A DNA stretch of 64,000 nucleotides from Anthoceros angustus (GCA_010909165.1 VJWM01000327.1:1-64000); one strand, 5' to 3'; positions 47,652 through 61,841 are shown, counted from the first letter of the stretch. The notes: a model not told the origin generated them from the letters alone. A program made the numbers and translations.

Positions 47652-48135
47652 AACTTGTACACATTGAACTTCCACCGCACGAGGTTTTCCATCGGGTGTG
47701 TCCGGCCAAATCTCAAGCTCATCATGTATGTAGCGACTTGTTCAATAAAACCAAGCTTCTTCCTCTTGTCATACACATTGTGATCAACCGCCAAAGACCC
47801 GCATTTCTTCCTCTCAAGCTGCATACATGGCCTCGAGCCATTGAAATTTATCTTCCGCGGATACATTTTGGTGGTCTGTCCTACTAGAAATGGCGCCTAT
47901 GTTACACTTATGTTAAGATTTGGACCCTCGGATGTAACACTTATGTTGCAATTTTGGGGTCATGTAACACTTTTTGGGCCTCTTGTTACACTTTGGCTTG
48001 GAAACCAAACTGAGTTTGTTGCAACCATGTTGCAATGGTGTTGCAATTATGTTGAGATGAAGTGAGAGGTGCTTTTGTCCTCTCAAGATTGCAATATATA
48101 AAGTGTTACAAGAAAAGTCTTGTAACACTTTTGGA
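47651..48135. repeat. 485-bp block apparently identical to 44372-44856
   Basis: Identical ORFs at a constant offset of 3279 bp. Confidence 0.95.
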
Positions 48136-48139
48136 ATCA

Positions 48140-48870
48140 CGCAAGGCCGATTTCAACTGGCGCTCACAACGAGGCATTATCTTGGCGCATCCATTATCGG
48201 AGATGTGTGTTGATGTCATCGTTATGTGCAAATGAGGTTTCTTGGTGACCAAAAGCGTATGTGCATATCTTCGCCCATTCCCATCAATAGAATCCATCCG
48301 CTCTTGCGAATCCCCTCAATACCATTGTAACCGTTAATCCATAAGGCCGAGTGGAATCCAAGGCGACTGGATCTTGGTTCTTCCGCAACAACGCTCCACT
48401 CTTGTCCGTTGTACCGCTTGGAAGAGAATCGGAGCTTTTTCACCGAAAGCTGCTCCACAAAGTTAAAAGCATGAGGAATCGCAGGATCGCATTTCCACCG
48501 AGGTTGGTGCTCCCTCGCGGCCATCAATGTCTTCATATCCTCTCGCTTGAGTACCCTTTGAGGTGGACGTCCGGACACTACCATGAGAGGATTCTCTCAA
48601 TTGCATAATAGCGGGGGTTCTGTTACCACATTCGCGGGATCGCATCCCTCATCCGACGCGCTTGCGCGATCCCGCTCTGCACGCGCATCGCGCCCGCCTC
48701 GATGCGTGGCGCCTCCAACGCAGGGGTCGATCTCGCATGCTTATTGCTCCGTGAAGGCCTCGCGATCACCATCCCGCAATCTTCAAAACCTCATGCGGGA
48801 AGTTGGGAGGAAGTAAGAGAATTATCCGGACTCTCGAACTCTTGATGAAAAGGAGAGGCTCGAGCTGTGG
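48140..48870 (-). pseudogene. Degenerate ParB/Srx-like coding segment
   Basis: Stitched reading has HQPR followed about 75 codons later by SIDGNGRRYAH, resembling ParB box I (QPR) and box II (IIxGxxRxxA). Confidence 0.4.
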
Positions 48871-49228
48871 AAATGAAATATGGATGTTTGAACCGCATCA
48901 ACGGATTACGATAAAGCCTTAACACCGCTAGTTACGCTAAACGGCTCGAAGTTGTAGCAACGGTCACCGAACACGGCCATCATTCATTTAACCTCAAATG
49001 CCTAAAATAGGCCCATTACAAATTCGATGCATCCACCTCATCTTATGCCATCATTTTCTAAGGATGTGGCGCACTCTCATTCAAGGTCCATCGAACTGCA
49101 TTTATCACCATCATCACCGAACCGCAATTATAAATCATCCAACACCACACGGTACCTTATGTCACATGTCTATAATTGTGGGTGTGACTTTGATCTTGAT
49201 TCAAAGTGCGTTCTTCCCTCGCATGCAG

Positions 49229-50400
49229 GTAGCTCTTGAAAATTTGCCGATGTTGAAGCGGTGGAAGGAGTTCTTGAAGTCAAAGGACTTGGATGCTATC
49301 GTGGAACGCGAGATTCCTCCCGATATGCAACACTCCTCGAGGCATCAACGGGTTCCTTGAAATGCCTATCGCCAAGGTATTCAAGTTGAAGAGGGAGAAC
49401 TAGATGAAGGTACGTCGTGCAAACTCGCGAAATCGATTGCATTCCAAAGGCTCTTGAACATGATTCCATGTGTGTTATTCAGACTGCAGTGCACGGCCTC
49501 CACCACTTCCGACGCGATAATCGCATCCATTCCAAAGACACCGCCTGCTTTCAAGATGTTGGATTCCATTCACGGAAGTCCTTCTCCGCCAGAGCCTCCG
49601 TACATCCCGCCCATCCGCAAGACTACTCCTCGGAAGTGCTCCACGGACGACACAATCGGATATGGCCGCCTGTTGGGGTGAATGCCAACTCGGTTTGCAC
49701 CGGTTGTATCTAGAAGATACTTTCCACTGCGGGCCCCAAAGACGTTCGGTGGAACTGATGTGGAGGAAGAGGACTCGGATGATGTGCATTTGAACATCCA
49801 CCTAAAGGCGTATATACAATTTGAAGCCCGGTCCGAATCATTTATCGAGCATGGCGAGACCACCACGTAGACGCCAAGTAGACGGCAATCTAAAGTGCCC
49901 GAGATGAAATGTGAAGAGGTTCGTATACCCGTGATTTTCGCAAAACTTGTGGTAGACAATGCTTGAGGACAATAGGGAAGGCAACCTTCGAGATTTGAGG
50001 TATCGGTTCCTTAGAATGTGCGGTGAGGAGCGAGATGCACCTACAATCCCTTTTGATGTCGATTATGAGAGCGATGGAAGGGTTAGGTAGACTCGTTTCT
50101 TGTCGGACGAGGAAAAGTGTATTGTTGTAGAGAGGCCTTGACGCATTGTATCGGTCAGCACGAAAGAAAGCAGAGCGTTGAAACATTGCATGGTCTCGCC
50201 TTCCGCGAGAAAGGCGACTGAATCAAGATGTCTGCAGCCTGGCGTGGATGAACCAACTGCTTATGCTTATTGCCGAGAGAATGCCAAACATTGAAGTGTA
50301 TCACCTTCCGACTCTTACTCAAAAGGCGAGGTGTTTCAAGAATACAAGCAACATATGCAACAAGGCCAAGAAGACAAAGTGCTGTTTCTCATTCCTACTT
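49229..50400 (+). pseudogene. Degenerate coding segment, possibly ending in the start of a ULP1/C48-like protease domain; truncated by the macrosatellite
   Basis: Acceptor TGCAG at ~49228, long near-open frames, and LMLIAERMPNIEVYHLPT, weakly resembling the ULP1 N-terminal helix-strand. No catalytic residues seen. Confidence 0.25.
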
Positions 50401-53400
50401 TTGTCACCTTTAGCCACTGTAGCGCTGACTTTCGCTGATGGCCAGCCGGGCCAGACAATCCCGTGGTAGGAAGAAGTCCGTTCTCAAGGGAAATGGTTCT
50501 GTGCTTATTCCGCTCGAGTCCACTATCACCTGAATCCGGACTTCATCATGTTGGGTCCGGGCTACCCACAACCCTAAGGGTGTGCCTCCACAACCTCGCT
50601 CTGGACACGACCACCTGACCTTCCCACAAACCCCGCCTGTTTCTCCAAGACCACCGAACAGCGACGCTGCCTCCATCGCCCACGACTCTAGCCCCTGGGC
50701 CCTCAACTCGTCCGCCACAACTCACCAACACACACACGCGAACGCCACCCTCCTCTCTTTGTCCATCACCAACAGTAGTCAACACCAACACGCCGATGTA
50801 TTCACACACTGTGCCGCTTTGCCCTACCGCTTCCTACGCTCGCTGGAGAAGTAGCTGCAAACAGAACCCCACTGCTCCAGCAGCCTCCAAGGATGGCTTC
50901 CGCCAGCAGTCACCCCAAGCGCCCTAATCCCTCCGACCGCTTCACGCTCAGAGAAGTGGCTTGCACTGCATCCACACCTCCGCTCCAAAGCAGCCTCCAA
51001 GGATGGCTTCCACCGCAGTCACCCCAAGCGCCCTAATCCTCCTACCGCCTACTGCTCAGAGAAGTGGCTTCACCGCATCCCACAAATTGCTCCAGCCTCC
51101 AAGGTTAGTCTCGCACCCGAGAAATCACCCAGCACCTCCCGAGCTCAGTCCGCCCCTGCCGCACCCATCAAGCGTGCGGGCGGAGCTCGCCACCGAGCTC
51201 TAAACACATCCTCTACCACCAATTAATCCGCACGGACGCAGAACTCACTCCGCCTCCTCGAGCACTAAAGGCAAGAGCACACGGAGCAAGATGGTACCGG
51301 ATAGTCTCGCCGCCTTGGACGCCAGCCTTCCTATATACTCCCCATACCCTAACCTAACCCGCCTATGTATGTATCCTAACCTCGCTATGTATGTACCTAA
51401 CCTGGTCGTGGTAACCCCCGGACGAGCTCATCACGCTACCTGACTTCGCACCGCTTCCCCGCCAAACAAGAGATCCATGCCAGCGATGCCCACCAAACTA
51501 AACCACTGACCCTCTCGCCGACTCCGACCACCCATCGACCTCCTCAAGGACTGACCACCCATGACCGCCTCCCGACGGACCACCCCTGACCGCCTCGACG
51601 GACCACCGCCTCCCGGACCCCTGACGGACCACTCGGACCTCGCCCGGACGGACCACCCGGCCTCGACCCGGACGACCACCCACCTGACCGCCCGACGGAC
51701 CACTGCTCCAACTGACCGAGGGTCTAGGGATTGCACCGTAAGTGCAATCCGCCGAAATGGCCTTATTGGCTAACCTCCTATCCCTCTTAACAAAGAACGA
51801 CCAAAAAGCAAAACAAGCCGCCAAGAGTACTGACATGATTTGGCACTCCACATACCCCTTCTCATCCGCGGCCCCGCCAACACCCTGTGCAATACTCCTT
51901 TCCGCTTTGACTCCCTTCTCGCCTTTTACTACCTCCTCGTGTCGCAAGTCCGCAACATTGGGAACCTTTACCAAGATTCATCCTCCGCTGAGGATGAGTC
52001 GCCTCCTCCGAGGTTGATGTGCCGCCTCCCCAACACCGCCTGCCCATCTTCTTTCTCCCTTTGAGCATGCTGGGCCTCTCGCTAGATTCGCACCTCGCTC
52101 CGTCCTCATGCATCCTCCCTACTTATATACTCCACAAACCGCCCGACCATTACACCCATCCACAACCGAACTGGTCCATTCCTACTCCTACCTACTAACT
52201 CAGTGAAATTAACAACAATACCATATTCCCAAGAACGCGCAAAATGTGGCGCGACTTTCGATGGCCACAAGACAATCCTGGTCGCTAGGAAGGAGTCCGC
52301 TCAAGGGAATGGTCTCGGCTTATTCTCGCTCGAGTTTCTGTACCATCGCCGAACGGACTTCATCAGGTCCGGGTCCCACAACCCTAAGGGTGTGCCCTCC
52401 ACAACTCGCTGACTGCAGTAGCCAACGGACCTTCCCACAAACCCCGCCGGATTTCTCCAAGACCACCGAACAGTTTAGCGACGCTCCTCCATCACCACGA
52501 CTCAGCGCCCCCCGCCTCAACTCGTCCGCCACAACTCCACCTCAACACACACGCCTGCAACGCCACCCTCCTCTCTTATCCATCACCAAATAGTAGTCAC
52601 AACACCAACACGCCGATGTATTCACACCAGCCGCCTTTTGCCCCTTCCTACCGCTTCACGCTCATGGAGAAGTAGCTTTGCTGCAACCCCACAGCTCCGA
52701 GCCTCCAAGGATGGCTTCCGCAGTCACCCCAAGCGCCTCCCTCCTCCACCGCTTCACGCTCAGAGAAGTGGCTTCACACGCATCCCACACCTCCGCTCCA
52801 AGCCTCCAAGGATGGCTTCCGCCCGCAGGTCACCCCCAAGCGCCCTAATCCTCCACCGCCCACGCTCATGACTCTGCACTGCATCCCCACATTGCTCCAA
52901 AGAAGGTTAGTCTCGACCCGAGAAATCACCCGCGAAAGCACCTCCCGAGCTCAGTCCGTCCCCCGTCCGCACTCCATCAAGCGTGCTGGCGGAGCTCGTC
53001 ACCGAGCTCTAAACACATCCTCTACCACCAATTAATCCTCGCACGGACGCAGAACTCACTCCGCCTCGAGCACTAAAGGCAAGAGCACACGGAGCCAAGA
53101 TGGTACCCGGATAGTCTGCCTTGGACGCCAGCCTTCCTATATACTCCCATACCCTAACCTAACCCGCCTATGTATGTATCCTAACCGCCATGTATGTACC
53201 TAACCCCTGGTCGTGGTAACCGCCGGACGTAGCTCATCATCGCTACGGACTTCTGCACCACCGCCCCGCCAAACAAGATCCATGCCAGCGATGCCCACCA
53301 AACTAAACCACCCGCCCCACCACTCTGACCCCCGACCTCACCCACCCGACCTCCGGCGACCGACGACCCACCCGGACCCCGCCCCGACGGACCACGGCCG

Positions 53401-55500
53401 GACCGCCCGGACGGACCACCGCGGACCGGACCTCCACCGGACCGCCCTGACCTGACCAACTGGCTGACCGCTCACACCCACCCTGACCGCTCACGGACTC
53501 ACCTCCAACGGACGAGGGTCTAGGGATTGCACCGTAAGTGCAATCAAATGGCCTTATTGGCTAACTCCTCCCTATCCCTCTTAACAAGAAAAAAAAAGCA
53601 AAACAAGCCGCCAAGAGTACCTGACATCGATTTGGCACCCACATACTCCTTCTCATCCGCCGCCAACACCCTGCAATACTCTTCCCTCTGACTCTCCCTT
53701 CTCGCCTTTACTACCTCCTCGCAAGTCCCAAGCAACATTGGGAACCTTTTTACCAAGATTCATCCTCCGCTGAGGATGAGTCCCTCCTCCTCCGAGGTTG
53801 ATGTGCCGCCCTCCCAACACCTGCCCATCTTCTTTCTCCCTTTGAGCATGGCCTCCCGCTAGATTCAAGACCCCTGCCTCCGGCCCTGCATCCTCCCTAC
53901 TCATATACTCCACAAACCGCCCGACCATTACACCCATCCACAACCGCAACTGGCAGTACCGTCCTACTCACTTCCTACTAACTCAGCAGCCCACAACAAT
54001 ACCATTCTCAAGAACGGCAAAATGTGGCGCGACCGGGATGGCCACCGGCCAAGACAATCCCGTGTCGCTAGGAAGGAGTCCGCTCCCAAGGGAATGGTCT
54101 CGTGCTTATTCTCGCCTCGAGCTCTACAATCGCCTCGAACGGACTTCATCAGTTGGGTCGGCCCACAACCCTAAGGGTGTGCCCTCCACAACTCGTCGAC
54201 TGCACGCGCCACCACCGGACCTTCCCACAAACCCCGCCTCAAGAACCGTGTTTAACGACGCTGCCTCACGCCTACGCATTTCCAGCCTCTCCTCAACTTC
54301 TCCGCCACAACTCCACCTCAACACAGAACGACCCTCCTCTGTCCATCACCAAGAGTCACAACACCAACACGCTGATGTATTCACACCAGCCGCTTTGCCC
54401 TTCCGCCGCTTCACGCTCATGGAGAAGTAGCTGCACTGCAACCCCACGCCTGCTCCAAAGAGCCTCCAAGGATGGCTGCAGTCACCCCAAGCGCCCTAAT
54501 CCCTCCCGACCGCTTCAATGCTCATGGAGAAGTGGTTTCACCGCATCCACAGCCTGCTCCAGCCTCCAAGGATGGCTTCCGCCCCAGCAGTCACCCCAAG
54601 CGCCTAATCCCACCGCTTCACGCTCAGGAGAAGTGGCTTGCACTGATCCCCACGCCTCCGCTCCAAGCAGCTCTCCAAGGTTAGTCTCGCACCCGAGAAA
54701 TCACCATGAGCACCTCCCGAGCTCAGTCCGCCCCCCCCGCACCCATCAAGCGTGTTGGCGGAGCTCACCGTAGCTCAAACACATCCTCTACCACCAATTA
54801 ATCCCCGCACGGTGACGCAGAACTCACTCCGCCTCGAGCACCCAAAGGCAAGAGCACACGAGCCAAGATGGTACCGGATAGTCTCGCCTTGGACGCCAGC
54901 CTTCCTATATACTCCCATACCCTAACCTAACCCGCCTATGTATGTATCCTAACCCCATGCTATGTACCCTAACCCTCGGTCGTGGTAACCGGACGTAGCT
55001 CATCACCGCTACCGGACTTCTTGCACCACCGCTTCCCCGCCAAACAAGAGATCCATGCCAGCGATGCCCACCAAACTAAACCACCCTGCACCACTCAATC
55101 TGACCGCCCGACCACCACTCCACCGACCTCTCGGACGGACCACTCCATCGACTGACCGCCCGGACGGACCACCTGGCCGGACCTCGCCCGACTCCACCAC
55201 GGACCCCGGACGGACTCCACGGACCGCCCGACGGACCACCCGCCGACCTCGGACGGACCACTCCATCGGGACCTCGCCCGGACGGACCACTGCTCCAACG
55301 GACCGAGGGTCTAGGGATTGCACAGAAGTGCAATCCGCCAAAATGGCCTTATTGGCTAACCTCCCTATCCCTCTTAACAAGAACGACCAAAAAGCAAAAC
55401 AAGCCGCCAAGAGTACGGACATCTGATTTGGCACTCCACATACTCTTCTCATCCGCTACATGGCTCGCCAACACCCCGCAATACTCCGCTCTTCCGCTTG
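50390..55500. repeat. Tandem macrosatellite, unit ~1.78 kb, about 3 copies, with internal ~85-bp sub-repeats
   Basis: Landmarks recur at ~1.78-1.80 kb spacing: ACCCTAAGGGTGTG at ~50571, 52381, 54168 and GGGTCTAGGGATTGCAC at ~51720, 53516, 55307. Confidence 0.92.
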
Positions 55501-55772
55501 ACTCCCTTGCGTTGTTTTCATCGTCACACTCAACACATGTCTCATTTGCTGGTGACAGACACTCCTCTTCTTTGTGCTACAAGACCGGATCCGCCCTCCA
55601 AACACGTCCCTCCTACTGCATCGGCCTTGTCCCCTATTCGCCCAAGACCCTGCCCTACATCGCCTTCTCTAATGTCACATCACAGTCTAGTTACGCATCA
55701 AATAAAATTTTGAGGTAGGAAATACAGCATGGAATGGGTCTTGGCCTCACCTTGCAGCTATACATGTACATG

Positions 55773-58700
55773 TGTTAAATATGAAAGGGTGCGGCTAGTT
55801 AGGGTTGATCATATGAACCGTTATAGAGTTGCATATATAGTGAGACCATATGTATTTGTAAAACACACATTTTTGTTTAATCTTTTTACAAAGTCTGCTT
55901 TTCGCCTCGCAGAAAATAACATGGTATGAGCACAGCCCGATTCTATCTCCCGAATGATGCCGAGTCGCTGAAGCCCGCGAGGTGGTATAGAAGAGGCAAC
56001 AGACTCGCCGTGGAGGAATTTCTCCACCAGCAGATGGCACCCCTAGAAACTATTCTAGACCTCTAGGAATGTAATTACCCCTACATCCGGGTCAAGGATT
56101 TTGGCCGACAGCACTCGTGGACCGTGACGAAGATCACGCCCAATCACCCCAACAGAATCACATGGTGGCTGATAACCATGTAGAAAGATGCGCCAAGAGG
56201 GTCGAACCCCGATTTGTTCATCACCGATCAACAAACCTCACGCGCCTCCCGCCCGTAACTACCATGCAATTGTCCCGCACCCAAAGGATATGGAAATCAA
56301 GACGCCAGCCATACTATTAGCAAGCGCCACTAGGTAGAGATCCTTATCCGGGCGTCGTCGAATCAGAAGAAATAAAGACCGTAGTCGATCACCTTGATAA
56401 CTCCGTCAGACGAGCAATCATAGCGACAAAGAAGCTCAATCAAATCAGATCAATGAAGTGGTTGATCTCATGAAAAAGATTGAGCTTGGGCGCCAACAGG
56501 AGAGAGAAACTGCCAATCTCCCGGTGATTGCATCTTCGACCTTTCCGCCGCAGATCGGCAGAGCGCCGAGCGCCCGACAGAGTCAAATCACCAATCTTGA
56601 TGAAGCGTCACTGCATCCTCCATGTCACTCGAGCAAATATCACGTTGTAAAGGCCGATCCCTTTCGCATCTCGTGACCTCGTGATCCAGACCCAACGGCC
56701 GCATCCTTCACACAACTGGATACGCGACGGGTTTAGTTAGAAGTCCCGCAAGGAAAGTCAATCAAGACGTAACATTGTAATTAATGTTTTCTCCACGAGT
56801 CATAACTTAAGGAAGGTCACATTACGCATGTACCTTAGCTCTATAGATCAACCGACAAACAGCTTGGTCGTCCCTCAACTTACAAACCGGGCAGATATAC
56901 CACCTCGCCTATGGCTTCGCTCGATAGCCTCTATATCTTGTGACCATCCTTTACCTCCGAACTCAAAGAAAAGGATCGTTCAATGGAACAAGATACCAAG
57001 TCCGAAAGTCTGAATGAAGTCCACTGTTGCGCTGAGGTGTCTCGAGCGAGTCGATGCTACACTTAAGAAACCCCGACTCACCTCGCCCCTCCTTCGCTTA
57101 ATGACATCCAAAAGTGGGACCAATCAATTCAATAGCACTTGCTCTACTTATTGGAGGCTCGATGTCGACCTCGTACCGATGTCGTATCTCACCGTGCTTC
57201 GGAGATTTGGAATCAACTTGCCCACATGGGTGTAATATTCACCTATGTGCGCCAGCAGAATTCTATGGGTCTGATGAGGGAGGGAGACAAAGTGGCATCT
57301 CATGTCACCAAGTTCCGCCACCGAGAGCTCAAATAGTTGCCCTTTATTGCAAGATGGACGAGAAGTCATTGCTCAACTATTGAGCACCTCCTCCTCCTAC
57401 CAAAATTTTATCTCCACACAAATGGACCCATACGAGTTGCTACTGCGCATCCTCTTGCAACCTGTCACCATTAAGCTTGAAGAGTTATTGGTGCCCTTTT
57501 CGTGAAGAGCAAGGACGCTTATTAGCCACGTGGATCTAGAAACAAACCGACAAGGTACTTACCGCTCGGTTTAAGAAATCAAGGTAGGACACCGTGGTCG
57601 GGTCGATGGTGCCCCATCTTTCTCAGGCCAAGCCAGTGAAATCAGAATCGTGTGGTGTCATTGGACATTGGGCACGTGAGTGCCGAAGAAGAAAGGTGAG
57701 CCACAACGCACCACAATCCACAAGACCGTGAAGATGTTGTTGTCAAAGAGAAAGGAGAAAACTCTAAGGCTGTTGAAGATCCTCACTGTCAGAGGACAAC
57801 TTCATCACACGCCGTGATGATTGGTTCTTGGACTGTGAGCCACCGCTCATATCTCGCAACAACAAGAATTTATTTTCTAGTTTAACAATTTGTAGAATGG
57901 ATAAAGTCCCGCTTGGTGATGAAAGGAGTGACACTAGCCTTAAAGTTGAAGGACATGGGCAATGTACCTTCATTCTCGACGACAACACAACTTTGAAGAT
58001 CGATGGAGTTCTATTTGTGAATGGCCAAGAATCTTCTGTCAATGAGCAAGATCATCGAACGTATGAGATACGTGTCCGATGATGCCTGCTTTACGGGGGA
58101 AGAATTCCGGCGCATGTGCATTTAGAGGTATCCTCGACCATGACTTGTACAAAGAACCGAGGTGTTCTCCTCATCCCGTAAGTCATTCTTCGTTCGTCCA
58201 ATCAAAGTCGACCCGCTTAGCATCTCTGGCACACACTAGGACACACGCTAATGTATAAACTTATTGACATGTCACGCAGGTTGCCACAGAGAACCCCTAC
58301 CGCTTGTTTTAGGATCTTCCCATCCGTGAGTCGTGCATCCTGCCAAATGTAAAGAGCTACCATTCCCCAAAGCGCATGGCAAAGATCGCCCTTGCACTTG
58401 CATGCTGATATCTTTGGAAAGATCCACGAGCCATCTCTAGGTGGAGCAATCACTATCGACTCACCTGCATTTTAGTCGGTACTCTGGACCTTTCCCATGC
58501 ACAAAAGCGATCTCATGCACTTTAAGCGGTGGCTCCCACTTGCACAAAGACAACTTGCCTACTTAAAGTCCTACGGTGATAATGGGACGAATTTGTCAAC
58601 AATGCCTTTGATGATTACCTTCAAGAAGGGCATTCAAAGACAACTTATTGTTCCATACACTCAAAGAATGTAATCTGAGTTGCCGAACGAAAAATCACGC

Positions 58701-61700
58701 TACTTGGAATGACCAGAGTATGCTCGCATGCCAACTTACCTCAAGAGTATTGGGCTGAGGTCAGGTGTATATACACTTATCAGATACTTACCACCTACAC
58801 CGGACAAACTCCTTATGAGGTTTTCCGCATCGAAGCCTAGTTGCTCCACCTCCGAGTATTTGGATCCAAGGCCTTCGCCATATTCCCAAAAACGCAAGAA
58901 GTTAGGACCGAGCTCAACGCCTACTTTTGTGGGTAGAACATGTGTGAAAGCATAAACTCTATGACCGACACTCAATCATTAGTACTTGCCCAGTCACCTT
59001 CAGAGAACCTTGCACACACTGACTACCAACCCCACACCCTCTCACCCTTAGAGGGAGTAGATGCAAATGAAAGCCTTGACACTATCACCTTCCCTACAGA
59101 TGACGAAGAAGAACCCTCTAACCTTCCATCCGCAGATGTAGATGACTCTATAGAAGAGGCTCCCCCTGTTGTTGCCCCTCACCCTACAGTAGACCCGGGT
59201 GAACCAACAGATGATCTCACAGCCAATGATGGTTCAAATTCGGCTGATGAGGAGGATATCCCACCGGAGCTTGATGAGGAGGATGTCCCAACGGACCCCG
59301 TTCAGCATTCAGAACTTGATTCCGCTCCTGAACCACCCCTACGACGTTCCACACGCCATAGGCTACCTCCAGACCAGTGGTTAGAACCCCGTTATCAATC
59401 TGTCGATTTTCGAACATCTTCGGCAGTTTTTGGTGCTATACAGAATATCCTCCCTGCCGAGGAACCCCTATCATACAAGGAAGCCCTCCTTGGCCCAGAT
59501 TGCTCCAAGTGGCGTGGCAGGGAGGATGAATACCAATCGCCAAGAACAAGACGCAAATCACGACCTCCCACCGACGCAAAGCCATCTCTTGTAAGTGGGT
59601 TTTAAACTTAAACTCAACTCCAAAGGGAGATTGCCGATACAAAGCCGACCGTGGCAAGAGGATTTACCTGTTGAGGGCCTAGATTACAAGAAACATTCTC
59701 ACCGTTGTTCGAGCACAATCCATAATCACCGCTCAAAGCAGAGTTGAACCTTGACTTACAAATGGACGGTGTCACGGCCTTCCTCTATGGAGACCTGGAT
59801 GAAGATCTCAGATATGAGCACAAGGGTATGAAGATCCCGAACATCCCACCAAAGTGCTCAAATTGCTCAAGTGTATATATGGACTAAAACAAAGTGGCGA
59901 ATTTGGTATATCACTATGCATGTTTACCCGCCAAGATATCCTTTGTCCAAAGCACTGAGACTCTAATGTTTACCGACCGCCAAGGAAGCGTTCATATTAG
60001 CCCTATATGTTGACGATGTCATTCTTGCCACAAACACTCTAATGATGTTAAACATAAGCTAAGTACCAAGTTCGAGATGAAAGACATCGGAGAACTTAAA
60101 TACTGTTTGGGAGTTCAAATCTTAAGGGTACGAGAGGAAGGGCTACTGATAGTTCACCAGCATAAGTACATCAATGATATTCTGCGCAAGTTCAAACTTG
60201 ACGAAGCTAGACCCTCAACTACCCCTTTCGCTATGGGCGTTAAACTTACCAGTCTTCAGTGCCCTCAATCCCAGGAAGAACTTAAGGACATGAAGGATGT
60301 CCCCATGACATGCGCTTTTAATCTTCTTAGCGAACTGGACAAGGCGATATCCGAGATCTGTAAGCACGATCACAATTTCGGAGAATCCAGAAGAGCACAT
60401 TGGTCATTGCCGGATTTTCCGCTATCTCAAAGGAACCCACAATTATGGACTCTTCTATCGAAGGACTGGACAGCAAAAACTCACCCTTAGGGGGTTCACT
60501 GATGCCGACTGGGCGTCGGACAATGATTCCAGGAAAAGCCTCTCCACATATTGCTTCATGTTATCTTCTGCTGCTGTGAATTGGTCGTGTAAAAAGCAAT
60601 CTTCCATAGCCCTGTCTTCCACAGAAGCAGAATACAAATCATTGACAGATGCTTCAAAGGAGGCTGAATGGGAAAGGACCTTCCTTCATGACTTGACTGC
60701 ACTCCAGCAGACACCTACCCCTATCATGTGTGATAACATGTCGCCTTAGCCCTTGTCGCTAATCCACGCCACGCACTAAGCACATAGAAATTCAACATCA
60801 CTACATTAGAGATGTAGTGGAGCGTGGAGTCGTGAAGGTGGGTTATGTGCACAGATTCTAACGCCGACGCTAACGAAAGGATTGGCAAAGCATAAACACT
60901 ACCAAAGATCTTCGTGGCTAGGCCCGGGTGACTATACCAAGTATTTCGGATAACTTATCTGTTGTGGGTGGGTGGGAACCCGAGGTTCCCTTGGGAATTG
61001 TGTTGTGTTCTCGCCTCCTTGAGGAACACAGAGTCACCGACACTTCACATTTCCTTAGTGAAATGAAAACAAGGGAGATGGACAAACGGAGGATGAAGCT
61101 TACCTTAAGACCTAATCTCCGGCAACGCGATACTTCTCTCATATAGCGGCTTCACATCCCGCTCTTGATCACCCGCTGGTGGGTCCGTCCAAAGATAAGC
61201 TCCAAATTGCTATTCTTTCCATGGTCATCTTTAGCTTATACCAATATTGGGGCCGCATGTATGGAGTAGCGCATCCCTATTGTTGCTCTTGTCTCCCATT
61301 CTCGCCTCCCGACAAAGGACCATGTTTAGTCAGATGGCGTCACATGGGCTACCACTGCTGCAGGGACATGGTGTCCTGGTGATCATGAAATGACAAATGA
61401 ACCTTCTCATGGATTATCCTTCCTCTTTCCTTCTCCTGATACACTTGTGGCACTCGTAGCCTGCCCCCTTCGAGTCCTCATGTTTTCGCGTCTCGCGTGA
61501 GCAAAGGTTTCGAGGATGAAGACGCAAACGAACTTGAGTACGAAATGGTGAAGAGGATGGTCCGGAGGATTCTTATGGCGGCGGAGTTTACGCTAGGCTC
61601 GAGCGTGCCGCACATCGACGGCGTGAAGTCGTGTAACGTATTGTGAGCTGTGAACGCGCTTAACCTAACCTAGCTTACCTTTAGAGGAGTGTTAAATATG

Positions 61701-61836
61701 AAAGGTGCTAGTTAGGGTTGATCATATGAACTGTTATAGAGTTGCATATATAGTGAGACCATATGTATTTGTAAAACACACATTTTTGTTTAATCTCTTT
61801 TACAAAGTCTGTTTTTCGCTCCTCGCAAAATAAACA
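55773..61836 (+). mobile_element. Full-length Ty1/Copia element (family C, related to B), indel-ridden gag-pol
   Basis: LTRs 55773-55921 and 61690-61836 (TG...CA); perfect TSD ACATG; PBS TGGTAT(CA)GAGC; PPT AGAGGAG. RT (ALYVDDVIL, MKDIGELKYCLG) and RNase H (GFTDADWA, IALSSTEAEY, KHIEIQHHYIR). Confidence 0.93.
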
Positions 61837-61841
61837 ACATG

